From Phycisphaera mikurensis NBRC 102666 (lineage in GTDB: Bacteria > Planctomycetota > Phycisphaerae > Phycisphaerales > Phycisphaeraceae), in contig NC_017080.1 of assembly GCF_000284115.1 (NCBI RefSeq), positions 2,370,001-2,402,000 of the forward strand: 32,000 nt of DNA, written 5' to 3'. Within the stretch, counting starts at the first letter, position 1. Every line of letters begins with the position of its first letter. The notes beneath the pieces were generated by a model that did not search any database, had not been told where the DNA came from, and was given only the letters and a program-made list of their open reading frames with translations. Below, one piece after another: positions 1 through 9,400 of this stretch. The position numbers and the translations under genes are program-made.

Positions 1-761
1 TCGTCTACGTGAACCTCGGCTCGCTGCTGCAGGCTGAAGCGCTGCTGCCGGGGCTGATCGCGAGCCAGTGGATGATCCTGGTGCCGATCGCCGTCGGTGC
101 GCTGTGGCTCTTCAAGGTGGACGTCGCGGCGAGCTTGAAGCTGCGGCTCCCGCGGCCCGGAGCGATCGCTGGAGCCGTGCTGATGGCGTGCGGCGGGCTG
201 GTGCTTTCGCAGCAGCTGGCGTGGGTGCAATCCTTCGTCCTCGACGTGCCCGAGGCCTTCGCCGGCGGCACGGCGCCGATCGTCGAGCACCCCTCGCTGG
301 CGCTTGTGCTCTTCGCCGTCGCCGTGTCGCCCGCCGTCTGCGAGGAGGTCTTCTTCCGCGGGACGCTGCTCGCCGGGCTCGAGGAGAAGCTGCGGCCGTG
401 GGTCGCCATCGTGCTCGCCAGCCTGCTGTTCGGCCTCTTCCACCTCTACCTGCACCGCATCCTCATCACCGCCGCACTGGGCATCGCCATCACCTGGGTC
501 GCCTGGCGGAGCCGGTCGATCTGGCCGGGGATGCTGTTCCACCTCATCAACAACGGCGTCGCCGTGCTGGCCGTGCGGGAGGTTCTGCCGCCGGGGCTGA
601 TGGGCTGGCTGGAGCGGGTGGCTCCGGTCGAGAACGGCTACCCCTGGCCGGTCGTGGCGGCAGCGGCGGCCGTGTTCGCCGCCGGGGCCGCCGTCGTCGC
701 GAGGCTTGGCCGACCCCGCGCTGCCTCCTCCCTCCCGGGTGCCACGCCCGCTCGGGCGTGA
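1..761 (+). CDS. CPBP family intramembrane metalloprotease (CAAX/Abi type), probably 5'-truncated by the window edge (alternative GTG start at 9)
   Basis: The reading frame of ORF 9..761 stays open to the window edge. All three CPBP signatures are visible: EEVFFRG (EExxxR), FGLFH (FxxxH) and FHLINN (HxxxN). The protein has several hydrophobic helices. Confidence 0.8.
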   Translation, partial: VYVNLGSLLQAEALLPGLIASQWMILVPIAVGALWLFKVDVAASLKLRLPRPGAIAGAVLMACGGLVLSQQLAWVQSFVLDVPEAFAGGTAPIVEHPSLALVLFAVAVSPAVCEEVFFRGTLLAGLEEKLRPWVAIVLASLLFGLFHLYLHRILITAALGIAITWVAWRSRSIWPGMLFHLINNGVAVLAVREVLPPGLMGWLERVAPVENGYPWPVVAAAAAVFAAGAAVVARLGRPRAASSLPGATPARA

Positions 762-912
762 GCACCGCCTCCGACGCTGGTTCCTCCACCTCCTGGAAGG
801 CTCGACCTTCAGCTCGCCCGTGCAGCGCTTCGCTCTTCCACGACGAAGGCAGAAGACCGGCCAGAGAAGGCAGAGAGAAAAAAGCGTTTCCCTTCCGTCG
901 GCCGAAGAGGCC

Positions 913-1418
913 GGTGGCTCACCGCCTCCGGCGGTGTAGGTCGGGCGGAGCCCGAGCCGGTGGCTCACCGCCTCCGGCGGTATAGGTCGGGCGAAGCCCG
1001 AGCGGGTGGCTCACCGCCTCCGGCGGTGTAGGTCGGGCGGAGCCCGAGCCGGTGGCTCACCGCCTCCGGCGGTGTAGGTCGGGCGGAGCCCGAGCCGGTG
1101 GCTCACCGCCTCCGGCGGTGTAGGTCGGGCGAAGCCCGAGCGGGTGGCTCACCGCCTCCGGCGGTGTAGGTCGGGCGAAGCCCGAGCCGGTGGCTCACCG
1201 CCTCCGGCGGTGTAGGTCGGGCGAAGCCCGAGCGGGTGGCTCACCGCCTCCGGCGGTGTAGGTCGGGCGAAGCCCGAGCCGGTGGCTCACCGCCTCCGGC
1301 GGTGTAGGTCGGGCGAAGCCCGAGCGGGTGGCTCACCGCCTCCGGCGGTGTAGGTCGGGCGAAGCCCGAGCCGGTGGCTCACCGCCTCCGGCGGTGTAGG
1401 TCGGGCGGAGCCCGAGCG
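913..1418. repeat. Tandem array of 11 copies of a 46-bp unit (REP-like, non-coding)
   Basis: The unit is GGTGGCTCACCGCCTCCGGCGGTGTAGGTCGGGCG[G/A]AGCCCGAGC[C/G]. Copies start at 913, 959, 1005, 1051, 1097, 1143, 1189, 1235, 1281, 1327 and 1373, an exact 46-nt spacing. Each unit holds two short hairpins (CACCGCC-TCC-GGCGGTG and TCGGGC-GRA-GCCCGA) separated by GTAG. The period is not a multiple of 3. TAG on the plus strand and TGA on the minus strand in each unit place stops in all frames about every 138 nt. Confidence 0.95.
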
Positions 1419-2184
1419 GATCTTGGAGACGCCGACGCATCCGCTGCGCGGACCCCGCACCGCCGGGGGCGGTGAGCCACCTGCGGACCCGCGGGCCAAC
1501 CGTCGGCAGCCTTCTCCTCGTCGGTCCCCAGCCCCGCGCCGAGCGCGAGATTCGGCAGCCGACGCCATCTGCCGGCCGGAGGCCGAGCCGGTGGCTCACC
1601 GCCTCCGGCGGTGTAGGTCGGGCGGAGCCCGAGCGGGTCTTGGAGACGCCGACGCGTCCGCTGCGCGGACCCTACACCGCCGGGGGCGGTGAGCCACCTG
1701 CGGGCCCGCGCCCCAACGGTCGGCAGCCTTTTCCTCGTCGGTCCCCGGCTTCGCGCCGAGCGCAAGATTCGGCAGCCCACGCCATCTGCCGGCCGAGGCC
1801 CGAGCCGGTGGCTCACCGCCTCCGGCGGTGTAGGTCGGGCGGAGCCCGAGCGGGTGGCTCACCGCCTCCGGCGGTGTAGGTCGGGCGGAGCCCGAGCGGG
1901 TCTTGGAGACGCCGACGCGTCCGCTGCGCGGACCCCACACCGCCGGGGGCGGTGAGCCACCGGCGGGCCCGCGCCCCAACCGTCGGCAGCCTTCTCCTCG
2001 TCGGTCCCCGGCTTCGTGCCGAGCGCAAGATTCGGCAGCCCACGCCATCTGCCGGCCGAGGCCCGAGCCGGTGGCTCACCGCCTCCGGCGGTGTAGGTCG
2101 GGCGGAGCCCGAGCGGATCTTGGAGACGCCGACGCGTCCGCTGCGCGGACCCCACACCGCCGGGGGCGGTGAGCCACCTGCGGT
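1373..2184. repeat. Higher-order ~217-bp composite repeat (46-bp unit + spacer + inverted partial copy + ~105-bp tail), 3 full and 1 truncated copies
   Basis: Composite units start at 1373, 1590, 1853 and 2070 (217-nt spacing), with an extra lone 46-bp unit at 1807. Each contains TACACCGCCGGGGGCGGTGAGCCACC, the reverse complement of the unit's 5' end with 1 mismatch. This gives a ~26-bp stem around a ~55-nt loop. The last copy stops just after the inverted arm. Confidence 0.9.
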
Positions 2185-2280
2185 CACCCGGTTGCGGGGG
2201 CCTGGCCGCCGTCGACGATCGTCAGGTCTGCGCCCCCCGTGGCTGACACGGCGTGTCAGCCCGACGGGAGCAGCGTTCGC

Positions 2281-3015
2281 TTAGACGGCGTCGCGGGCGT
2301 TGCGGAAGTAGCGGAGGCCGGCGGGATCCTGCTTGCCGCTGGTCCAGGCGGGGTGGTGCAGCGGGTCGGTCCAGCGCTCGGGGTGGGGCATGAGGCCGAA
2401 GACGCGGCCGGTGGGGTCGCAGATCCCCGCGATGCCGCGGTCGCTGCCGCTGGGGCTCTCGCCGGCGTAGCGGAGCGCGACCTGGTGGTTCTCCTCGAGC
2501 GCGTCGAGCACGGCGGCGGGCGCGGTGAACCGTCCTTCCGCGTGAGCACTGGGCAGCTCGTGCTCCCCGAGGCCGCGGGTCCACACGCACGGTGATTCCT
2601 CGTCGGCGGCGACGTGGTGCCACGCGTCGTGGAAGATCCCGCTGCGGTTGCGGGCGAGCGTGGTGATCTGCACCGCCGCGACCGGGTCGGGCAGCAGGCC
2701 GAGCTTGACGAGCACCTGGAAGCCGTTGCACACGCCGAGCACCAGCATCCCGCGCTCGATGTTCTCCTGAAGCGCGGGCAGCAGGTCCTGCCGGAGCCGG
2801 GCCGCGAGGATCCGCCCCGCGGCGATGTCGTCGCCGTGGCTGAAGCCCCCGGGCAGGCCCAGCGCGGCGAAGCCGGCGAGCCGGCCGGGCTCGCCGGCGA
2901 GCGCATTCACGTGGACGGTCTCGGGCGTGAAACCGGCCAGCGAGAAGGCGTGCGCCATCTCGGCGTCGCAGTTCGTGCCGGCCGTGCGGAGGATCAGGAC
3001 GCTGGGAGAAGCCAT
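2281..3015 (-). CDS. purQ: Phosphoribosylformylglycinamidine synthase subunit I (glutamine amidotransferase PurQ)
   Basis: The N-terminus VLILRTAGTNCD, the nucleophile elbow GVCNGFQ and the C-terminal MPHPER are typical of FGAM synthase I. The ATG at 3015 (MASPSVLIL) is preferred over the ORF-track start at 3054, which adds 13 aa. Confidence 0.9.
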   Translation of the reverse strand: MASPSVLILRTAGTNCDAEMAHAFSLAGFTPETVHVNALAGEPGRLAGFAALGLPGGFSHGDDIAAGRILAARLRQDLLPALQENIERGMLVLGVCNGFQVLVKLGLLPDPVAAVQITTLARNRSGIFHDAWHHVAADEESPCVWTRGLGEHELPSAHAEGRFTAPAAVLDALEENHQVALRYAGESPSGSDRGIAGICDPTGRVFGLMPHPERWTDPLHHPAWTSGKQDPAGLRYFRNARDAV

Positions 3016-3022
3016 GACAGAT

Positions 3023-3068
3023 CCGCGGACCGTGGAGCCAATCGATCGAAACAAGCCACGGTCCGCGG
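3023..3068 (-). other. Perfect 13-bp inverted repeat (stem-loop) in the 55-bp gap between the oxidoreductase stop and the purQ start; terminator/attenuator or operator candidate
   Basis: CCGCGGACCGTGG (3023-3035) and CCACGGTCCGCGG (3056-3068) are exact reverse complements. The 20-nt loop contains the palindrome ATCGAT. Confidence 0.35.
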
Positions 3069-3070
3069 CT

Positions 3071-4204
3071 TCAGTCCAGGAGCCCGTCGGGCAGCTCGGC
3101 CGGCAGCGGCGTGGGCCGCTCGACGGTGCTGCTCATCGCGATGAACTCGCCTCTCTCGCCCGAGTCCAAGAAGGACGCCATCGCGTCGAGCACGTGCTGG
3201 CCGAGGTCGCCCGAACAGCGGTGGTCGCGGCCGGTGGCGATGGCCTGGGCCATGTCGGCGAGGCCGACGGCGCGGCCGTACCCCTCCGGCGTGGCGTAGG
3301 GGAGGTCGCGGAACTCGTCGTCGCCACGGCCCTTGAACCGGACCGTGCGGTCGAAGACGTTGGGGTCCGGGATCTGCAGCGCCCCCTCGGTGCCGTAGAC
3401 GGTGATCGGCCGCCGCCAGTCGTGCCCGCCGCCGACCTTCGTGGCGAAGGAGGTGGTGAGCGTGCCGGTGACGCCGGCGTCGAACCGCACGATGCCGGTG
3501 TGGTGGTCGGGGATCTCGATGTCGAACGTCTGCCCGTGCTTCGAGCCGGGCATGTCTCTGTCGTGCGTGATCGTGCGGGTCGGGATCTTCTTGTCGGTGA
3601 AGGCCGCGACGCGGTCGATCGACCCGAACAGGTGCACCAGCGCCGTCAGGTAGTAGGGCCCCATGTCGAACATGGGGCCGCCGCCGACCTCGTAGAAGAA
3701 CTTCGGATTCGGGTGCCAGGCCTCGGTGCCGCCGGAAAGCATCTGCGCCGTGAAGTGCAGCGGCTCGCCGATCAAGCCGTCGTCGATCGCCTTCCGCGCC
3801 GTCTGCTGGCCGGCGCCCAGGAAGGTGTCCGGTGCGGTGCCGACCCGCTTCCCGGCGGCCTCGGCGTCGCGGATGAGCTCCGCCCCCTCGTCGCGGTCGA
3901 TGCCCAGCGGCTTCTCGCCGTAGACGTGCTTGCCGGCGGCGATCGCCCGACGCCCCATCTCCACGTGAGCCGCGGGGATCGTGAGGTTCAGGATGCAGTC
4001 GACGTTCTCGGCGGCGATCAGCGCGTCCACGTCCATCACGTCGGGGACGTTGAACTCTTTTGCCGCCGCCTCGGCGGCTTCCCGCCGGAGGTCGGCGCAG
4101 GCGACCATTTCGAGGTGGTGGAATCGACCGGCGGCCTTGAAGTACTGCTTCGCGATGTTCCCGCAGCCGAGCACACCGACGCGAAGAGGTTGGATCTCAG
4201 GCAT
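3071..4204 (-). CDS. Gfo/Idh/MocA family NAD(P)-dependent oxidoreductase
   Basis: There is an N-terminal Rossmann motif (LRVGVLGCGNIAKQY) and a typical Gfo/Idh/MocA C-terminal alpha/beta domain. The start is the ATG at 4204. The longer track ORF (to 4705) runs through the tRNA gene and is Arg/Pro-rich junk. Confidence 0.85.
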   Translation of the reverse strand: MPEIQPLRVGVLGCGNIAKQYFKAAGRFHHLEMVACADLRREAAEAAAKEFNVPDVMDVDALIAAENVDCILNLTIPAAHVEMGRRAIAAGKHVYGEKPLGIDRDEGAELIRDAEAAGKRVGTAPDTFLGAGQQTARKAIDDGLIGEPLHFTAQMLSGGTEAWHPNPKFFYEVGGGPMFDMGPYYLTALVHLFGSIDRVAAFTDKKIPTRTITHDRDMPGSKHGQTFDIEIPDHHTGIVRFDAGVTGTLTTSFATKVGGGHDWRRPITVYGTEGALQIPDPNVFDRTVRFKGRGDDEFRDLPYATPEGYGRAVGLADMAQAIATGRDHRCSGDLGQHVLDAMASFLDSGERGEFIAMSSTVERPTPLPAELPDGLLD

Positions 4205-4247
4205 ACAAGCAGCAGTCTCGTCGGCGGGCGGGGTGGGGGAAGGCGAC

Positions 4248-4321
4248 TGGGCCTGGGTGGACTCGAACCACCAACCGTCGGTTCCGAAGACCGGTGCTCT
4301 ATCCAATTGAGCTACAGACCC
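4248..4321 (-). tRNA. tRNA-Arg (anticodon TCG)
   Basis: Hand-folded cloverleaf: acceptor GGGTCTG/CAGGCCC (one G-U pair), D arm GCTC-AATTGGATA-GAGC, anticodon loop CTTCGGA (anticodon TCG), T arm GGTGG-TTCGAGT-CCACC, discriminator A. No CCA is encoded. Confidence 0.9.
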
Positions 4322-4454
4322 GCGAGGGAGCCGGAGCATACCGGCCTGCCGGAACGCCGGTACACGCCGCGGCCGCCCGGCTCGGGCCGGTCGCGGGTGG
4401 GCGCCGCGCCGCATCGCGTCTCGGCCTGACCGCTCCCTAGATCCGGCCGCGGCC

Positions 4455-6347
4455 TCACCGGATGACGATCGCCGCCGGGTGCAACAGCAGCACGGGCTCG
4501 GTCCGGAGCTGCATCGCCGCGTCCAGCCAGCCGGCCGCGGCCGTCCAGGCGGCGGGGCCGAGCAGCCGCCGGGCGGCCGCCGCCGCCGCGGGCAGCGTCG
4601 CCTTCTTCGCGGCGACCGCCGACACCTGCGCGCCGCCGAACATCGCCGAGATCGCCTCGGGGAACGGCAGCGGCTCGGGCAGGTGCTCCACCTCGTAGCC
4701 GGCACCCAGACCCGCGGCCGAAGCCGCCGCGGCGATGGCCTGCGGCAGCCCGCCGACGGCGTCGATCATGCCCTTCTCCAGCGCCTGCTCGCCGGTGAAC
4801 AGCCGCCCCGCGTCGACCTCGGCCAGCTCGCCCAGCCGCTCGCCGCGGCCTCCGGCGACGCGCTCCTTGAAGAGGTCGTAGATCTTCACCATGGAGGCCC
4901 GCACCCGCTCCCGCTGGGCGTCGGTGAAGGGCTGCGTGGAGTCCAGGTAGCCGGTGTTGGGGCCGCGCGAGCGGCGGTGGATGCCGACGCCGAGCTTCTC
5001 GTACAGCCCGCCGAGCGACATCTTCCCGCCGACGACGCCGATGGAGCCGACGATCGCGGTGGGCTCGGCGTAGATCGTGTCGCCCGCGACGGCGAGGTAG
5101 TAGCCGCCGGAGGCGGCCATCGATCCGATCGACACGAGGACCGGCTTCACGGCCGCGAGGTCCTCCAGCGCCTGGAACATCATCTCCGAGGCGTGGGCCG
5201 AGCCGCCGGGCGAATCGAGCCGGAGCACCACCGCTTTGACGCGTTCGTCGGCGGCCAGCTCCGCCGCCTGCTCGACCACCGAGTCCTGCCCGATCGACGC
5301 CGAGGAGAACAGCCCGTCGTCGCTGCCCGACTCGCCGGCGCCGATGGGCCCGTTGAGGTGGAGCACCGCGACGCCGTCCCGCTTCATCCCCCGGGCGGGC
5401 GGGTTCATCAGCTGCGCGAAGAGCGCGAAGGGGCTGGTGGGCATCGCCGAGCCGCCGGCGCGGCCGAGCTGCGTGTCCCAGGCGAAGTCTTCGCCGAACA
5501 GCGACGAGGTCTCCTCGGTGAGGCCCCGCTCGACGGCGGCATCGATCAGCCCCCGCTCCACCAGGCCGGCGTCGTCGAGCAGCCAAGCGTCCGCCATCGC
5601 GGCCTCGGCCTCGGCCCGGTCCATCCCGCGGCCCGCCGCGATGCCGCCGAGCAATCCGCCGTAGAGCCCGTCGAGCAGGCCCTCGATGTTCTCGCTCCAC
5701 GCCTCCGAAGGGCCGGTCCGCGTGAAGGTCTCCTCGGCGCCCTTGAAGCGGCCGACCTGCATCAGGTCGGCCTCCACGCCGACCTTCTCGAGCATCCCGG
5801 CGAGGTACATCTCCTCCACCGCGATGCCCTGCAGCTCCAGCGACCCGTTGCGCTGCAGCAGCAGGCGGTCGGCGACGCTGGCGAGGTAGTAGCCCGTGGT
5901 GTCGTAGGCGGCCGCGAAGACCACCACCGGCTTGCCGGCCGTCTTCAGCCGCTCCAGGCCCCGACGCAGGGCGCCGGCCTGCGAGAGGGAGAGCTCCGGC
6001 CCCTTGAGGTGGACGACCAGGCCGGCGTGGTCGTCGCTGGTCTCGACCCGCTCGATCTGCGCGAGCACGTCCGAGAGCGACGGCGGCAGGTCGGCGGGAT
6101 CCAGGAAACTGAAGGGCGCGGGCCCTTGCCGCAGCGAGCCCTCGATCTCCAGCCAGCCCACTTGGCTCGCCTCCCGGCCCGCCGCCGCGGGCGCCACCGA
6201 TTCTTCCGCCGGCTCCACGGGCAACGCCTCGACGGCCTGCTCGGCGGCGTCGGCCACGTCGTCGGTGGTGACGGGGGCGACGGCGGCGGACGCGGGACAG
6301 GCGGCGGCCAGCGCGAGAGCGGCCGGCAAGAGGCGGAGCATGGGCAT
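4455..6347 (-). CDS. sppA: Signal peptide peptidase SppA, 67K (two-domain S49) type
   Basis: The protein starts at MPMLRLLPAALALAAACPASA (signal/anchor). It has two ClpP/crotonase-like S49 repeats, and the catalytic-serine context SIGSMAASGGYYLA lies in the second. The upstream 1038 codons of the 1668-aa track ORF are antisense to the next gene. Confidence 0.88.
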   Translation of the reverse strand: MPMLRLLPAALALAAACPASAAVAPVTTDDVADAAEQAVEALPVEPAEESVAPAAAGREASQVGWLEIEGSLRQGPAPFSFLDPADLPPSLSDVLAQIERVETSDDHAGLVVHLKGPELSLSQAGALRRGLERLKTAGKPVVVFAAAYDTTGYYLASVADRLLLQRNGSLELQGIAVEEMYLAGMLEKVGVEADLMQVGRFKGAEETFTRTGPSEAWSENIEGLLDGLYGGLLGGIAAGRGMDRAEAEAAMADAWLLDDAGLVERGLIDAAVERGLTEETSSLFGEDFAWDTQLGRAGGSAMPTSPFALFAQLMNPPARGMKRDGVAVLHLNGPIGAGESGSDDGLFSSASIGQDSVVEQAAELAADERVKAVVLRLDSPGGSAHASEMMFQALEDLAAVKPVLVSIGSMAASGGYYLAVAGDTIYAEPTAIVGSIGVVGGKMSLGGLYEKLGVGIHRRSRGPNTGYLDSTQPFTDAQRERVRASMVKIYDLFKERVAGGRGERLGELAEVDAGRLFTGEQALEKGMIDAVGGLPQAIAAAASAAGLGAGYEVEHLPEPLPFPEAISAMFGGAQVSAVAAKKATLPAAAAAARRLLGPAAWTAAAGWLDAAMQLRTEPVLLLHPAAIVIR

Positions 6348-6431
6348 CCCCAAGCGTACGCGACGGCCGCGGGGCGCAGCGTCCCGCCGCCCCGCGGGCC
6401 GAGGCGGGCGGCCCGTCGCGTAAACTAGACC

Positions 6432-9400
6432 ATGAGCATCGCCCCCTCGCCTGCGCGGGTTCCCGCGGCCTCGCCCGTGCTGACCGACACCGACGAGGCG
6501 GATGCCTTCGTCGGCGAGCTCTCCCGCCGCTGCCGCGGCGAGGTGCTCACCGGCCGGACGCTCCGCGGGATCTACGCCACGGACGCGTCGCTGTACCAGC
6601 AGTTCCCGCGGGCGGTGCTGGTGCCCCGCGACGAAGCGGACGTGGCGGCGGCGGTCCGCGTCTGCGCTGCGCACCGGGTGCCGATCACGCCGCGGGGCGG
6701 CGCGACCAGCCTCTCGGGGCAGACCTTCGGGCCCGGGCTGGTGCTCGACTTCTCGAAGCACATGGACCAGGTGATCTCGGTCGATGCCGAGGCGGGCACC
6801 GCGGTGGTGCAGCCCGGCGTCGTCCGCGACCGGCTCAACGCGCAGGTGGCCGAGCACGGCCTGCACCTCTCGCCCGATCCGGCGACCGGCAGCCGGGCGA
6901 CGGTGGGCGGGATGATCGGCAACAACACCTGCGGCACGCGCAGCGTCGTGTACGGCAAGACGATCGACAGCGTGATCTCGCTGCGCTGCGTGCTCGCCGA
7001 CGGGACGGTCGCCGACTTCACCCCCTGCGACGACCAGACGTGGCAGGCGCGGGCACGCGGCGAGGGCGTGAGCGAGACCGAGGCCCGCCTCTACCGCGGC
7101 GTCCGCGACCTCGTGCTGAAGCACCAGGACGCGATCCGCACCGGCTACCCCGAGGTGCTGCGTCGTGTCTCCGGCTACAACCTCGACGAGTTCGTCGACG
7201 GCGCCGGCTACACCGGCGACATCGGCCCCCGTCGCGAGCACAACCAGGGCCACCGGACCTGGAACCTGGCGAACCTCATGGTGGGCAGCGAGGGCACGCT
7301 GGGGCTGATCACCGAGGCGACCGTCCACCTGGAGAAGCTTCCCGAAGCGACCGCGCTGGTCATCGTGCACTTCGACTCGCTCGACGCGAGCCTCCGCCAC
7401 GTCGACGCGATGCTCGAGCACAAGCCCAGCACCGTCGAGCTGCTCGACGACATCGTGATCCGCGAGGCGAAGGTGAACCCGTCGACCAAGGCGATGTGCA
7501 ACTTCGTCGAGGGCGAACCGGCGGCCGTGCAGCTCGTCGAGTTCTTCGGCGACACGCCGGAGGAAGCCGCGGACCGCGCCGAGAACTTTGCCCGCGACAT
7601 GGCGGTCCGCGGGATCGGCTACGCGCACCCGATCCGCACCGATCCCAAGGGCATGGCCGACGTGTGGAACACGCGGAAGCTCGGGCTCGGGCTCATCTCC
7701 AACAACTACGGGCCGCTCAAGGGCAAGGACTTCATCGAGGACGCCTGCGTGCCCACGCGGCACCTCGCCGACTACATCCAGAAGATCCAGAAGCTCTGCC
7801 AAGAGAACGGCATCGACCGCCTCGCGCTCTACGCCCACGCCTCGGTGGGCGTCGTCCATGTGGTCCCCGCGCTGGACCTGCACCACGACGACCAGGTGGA
7901 GACGATGGAGCGTGTGGCCGAGCAGGCCTTCGCGTGGGTGATGGAGTACGGCGGCAGCTGGTCGGGCGAGCACGGCGACGGGCAGCTCCGCGGGCAGTTC
8001 CTGCCGAAGATGTTTGGCCCGGAGCTGTACGGAGCCTTCCGCGAGGTGAAGTCGCTGTTCGATCCGCACAACCTCATGAACCCCGGGAAGGTGGTGGACG
8101 CGGATCCGATGTCCGAGGGCCTGCGTTACCAGGTGCCGGGTTACAACAAGCGGATCGCGGAAGTCCGCACCCTGCACCACCACCGCTCGCAGGGCGGCTT
8201 CCAGCTGGCCGTCGAGCAGTGCAACGGGGTGGGGGCTTGCCGCAAGCTCGGCAGCGGCACGATGTGCCCCTCCTACATGGCGACGCGGAACGAGAAGGAC
8301 ACCACCCGCGGCCGGGCCAACGCCCTGCGGCTGGCGATGTCCGGGCAGCTCGGTCCCGACCCGATGGCGGCGCTCGCCGGCGACGGCGTGAAGGGCGTGT
8401 TGGACCTCTGCCTCTCGTGCAAGGCCTGCAAAACCGAGTGCCCCAACGCGGTGGACATGGGCAAGATGAAGGCGGACGTGATGCAGATCCGCCACGACCG
8501 CTACGGGGCGAGCCTGGGGTACAAGCTGCTCGGCCGCATGCCCGATGCGGCCGCCAGAATCGCCGGGCCGCTGGCGCCGCTGATCCAGCTGCCGCTGAAG
8601 ATCCCCGGCGTCCGCTTCGTGATGGAGAAGCTCACGGGCATCGACCGCCGGCGGCCGCTGCCGGCCTTCAGCTCCACCACGCTGGCGCGGGAACTCGGAG
8701 GCCGCCGCCCGCGGAGCGAGGTCGAAGCGCCGCGGGGCCCGGTGGTCCTCTTCGACGACACGTACGCCAGCTACATGGAGCCGGGGGTCGGCGTCGCGGC
8801 GGTGGAGCTGCTCGAGGCCGCCGGCTTCCGCGTGACGCTCGCCGACGCCGGCTGCTGCCAGCGCCCGCGGCTGTCCAAGGGCCTCGTCCGCGAAGCCAAG
8901 CAGTTGGGGACGCAGACCCTCCGCAACCTCGACGGCTTCGCCCGCGAGGGCCTCAAGATCGTGTGCCTGGAGCCCAGCTGCGCTTCGGCCCTGGTCGACG
9001 ACCTCCCCGACCTGTGCGACGACGGCGAGGAGGCGGAGATGGGCCGGCGGGTGGCGGAGCAGGTCCGCATGATCGACGTCTTCCTCGACGAGGAGGGCGT
9101 GGAGCTGGAGTCCTCCGTCGGCGACACGCTGCTGCACGGCCACTGCCACCAGAAGGCGATGTTCGGCACCGCCTCGACGAAGAGAGCGCTGGGCGCCGGC
9201 TGCACCGAGGTCGACAGCGGCTGCTGCGGCATGGCCGGTAGCTTCGGCTACGAACACATGAACGTGAGCGAGAAGATCGGCGAGGACCGGCTCTTCCCTG
9301 CCGTGCGGGGAGCCGCCGCGGCGGGCAAGACGATCGTGGCGCCGGGTCTCTCGTGCCGGCACCAGATACTCGACTTCCTCGGTGTCGAGGCGAAGCACTT

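Noticed and set aside
913-2184. CRISPR array
   Set aside because: In the first half, repeats abut directly with no unique spacers. In the second half, the intervening ~171-bp segments are themselves repeated nearly identically. No cas genes are in the window, and the 46-bp unit is longer than typical CRISPR repeats.
985-2284. Family of 88-150-aa ORFs on both strands inside the repeat region (GGSPPPAV / VAHRLRRCRSGGARA peptides)
   Set aside because: They are by-products of translating the repeats. The period of 46 is not divisible by 3, stops recur in every frame, and the products are Arg/Pro/Gly-rich with no start context.
4205-4705. N-terminal extension of the oxidoreductase ORF (track start 4705)
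   Set aside because: The extension reads through the tRNA-Arg gene and the 3' end of sppA and is Arg/Pro-rich. The Rossmann motif begins right after the ATG at 4204.
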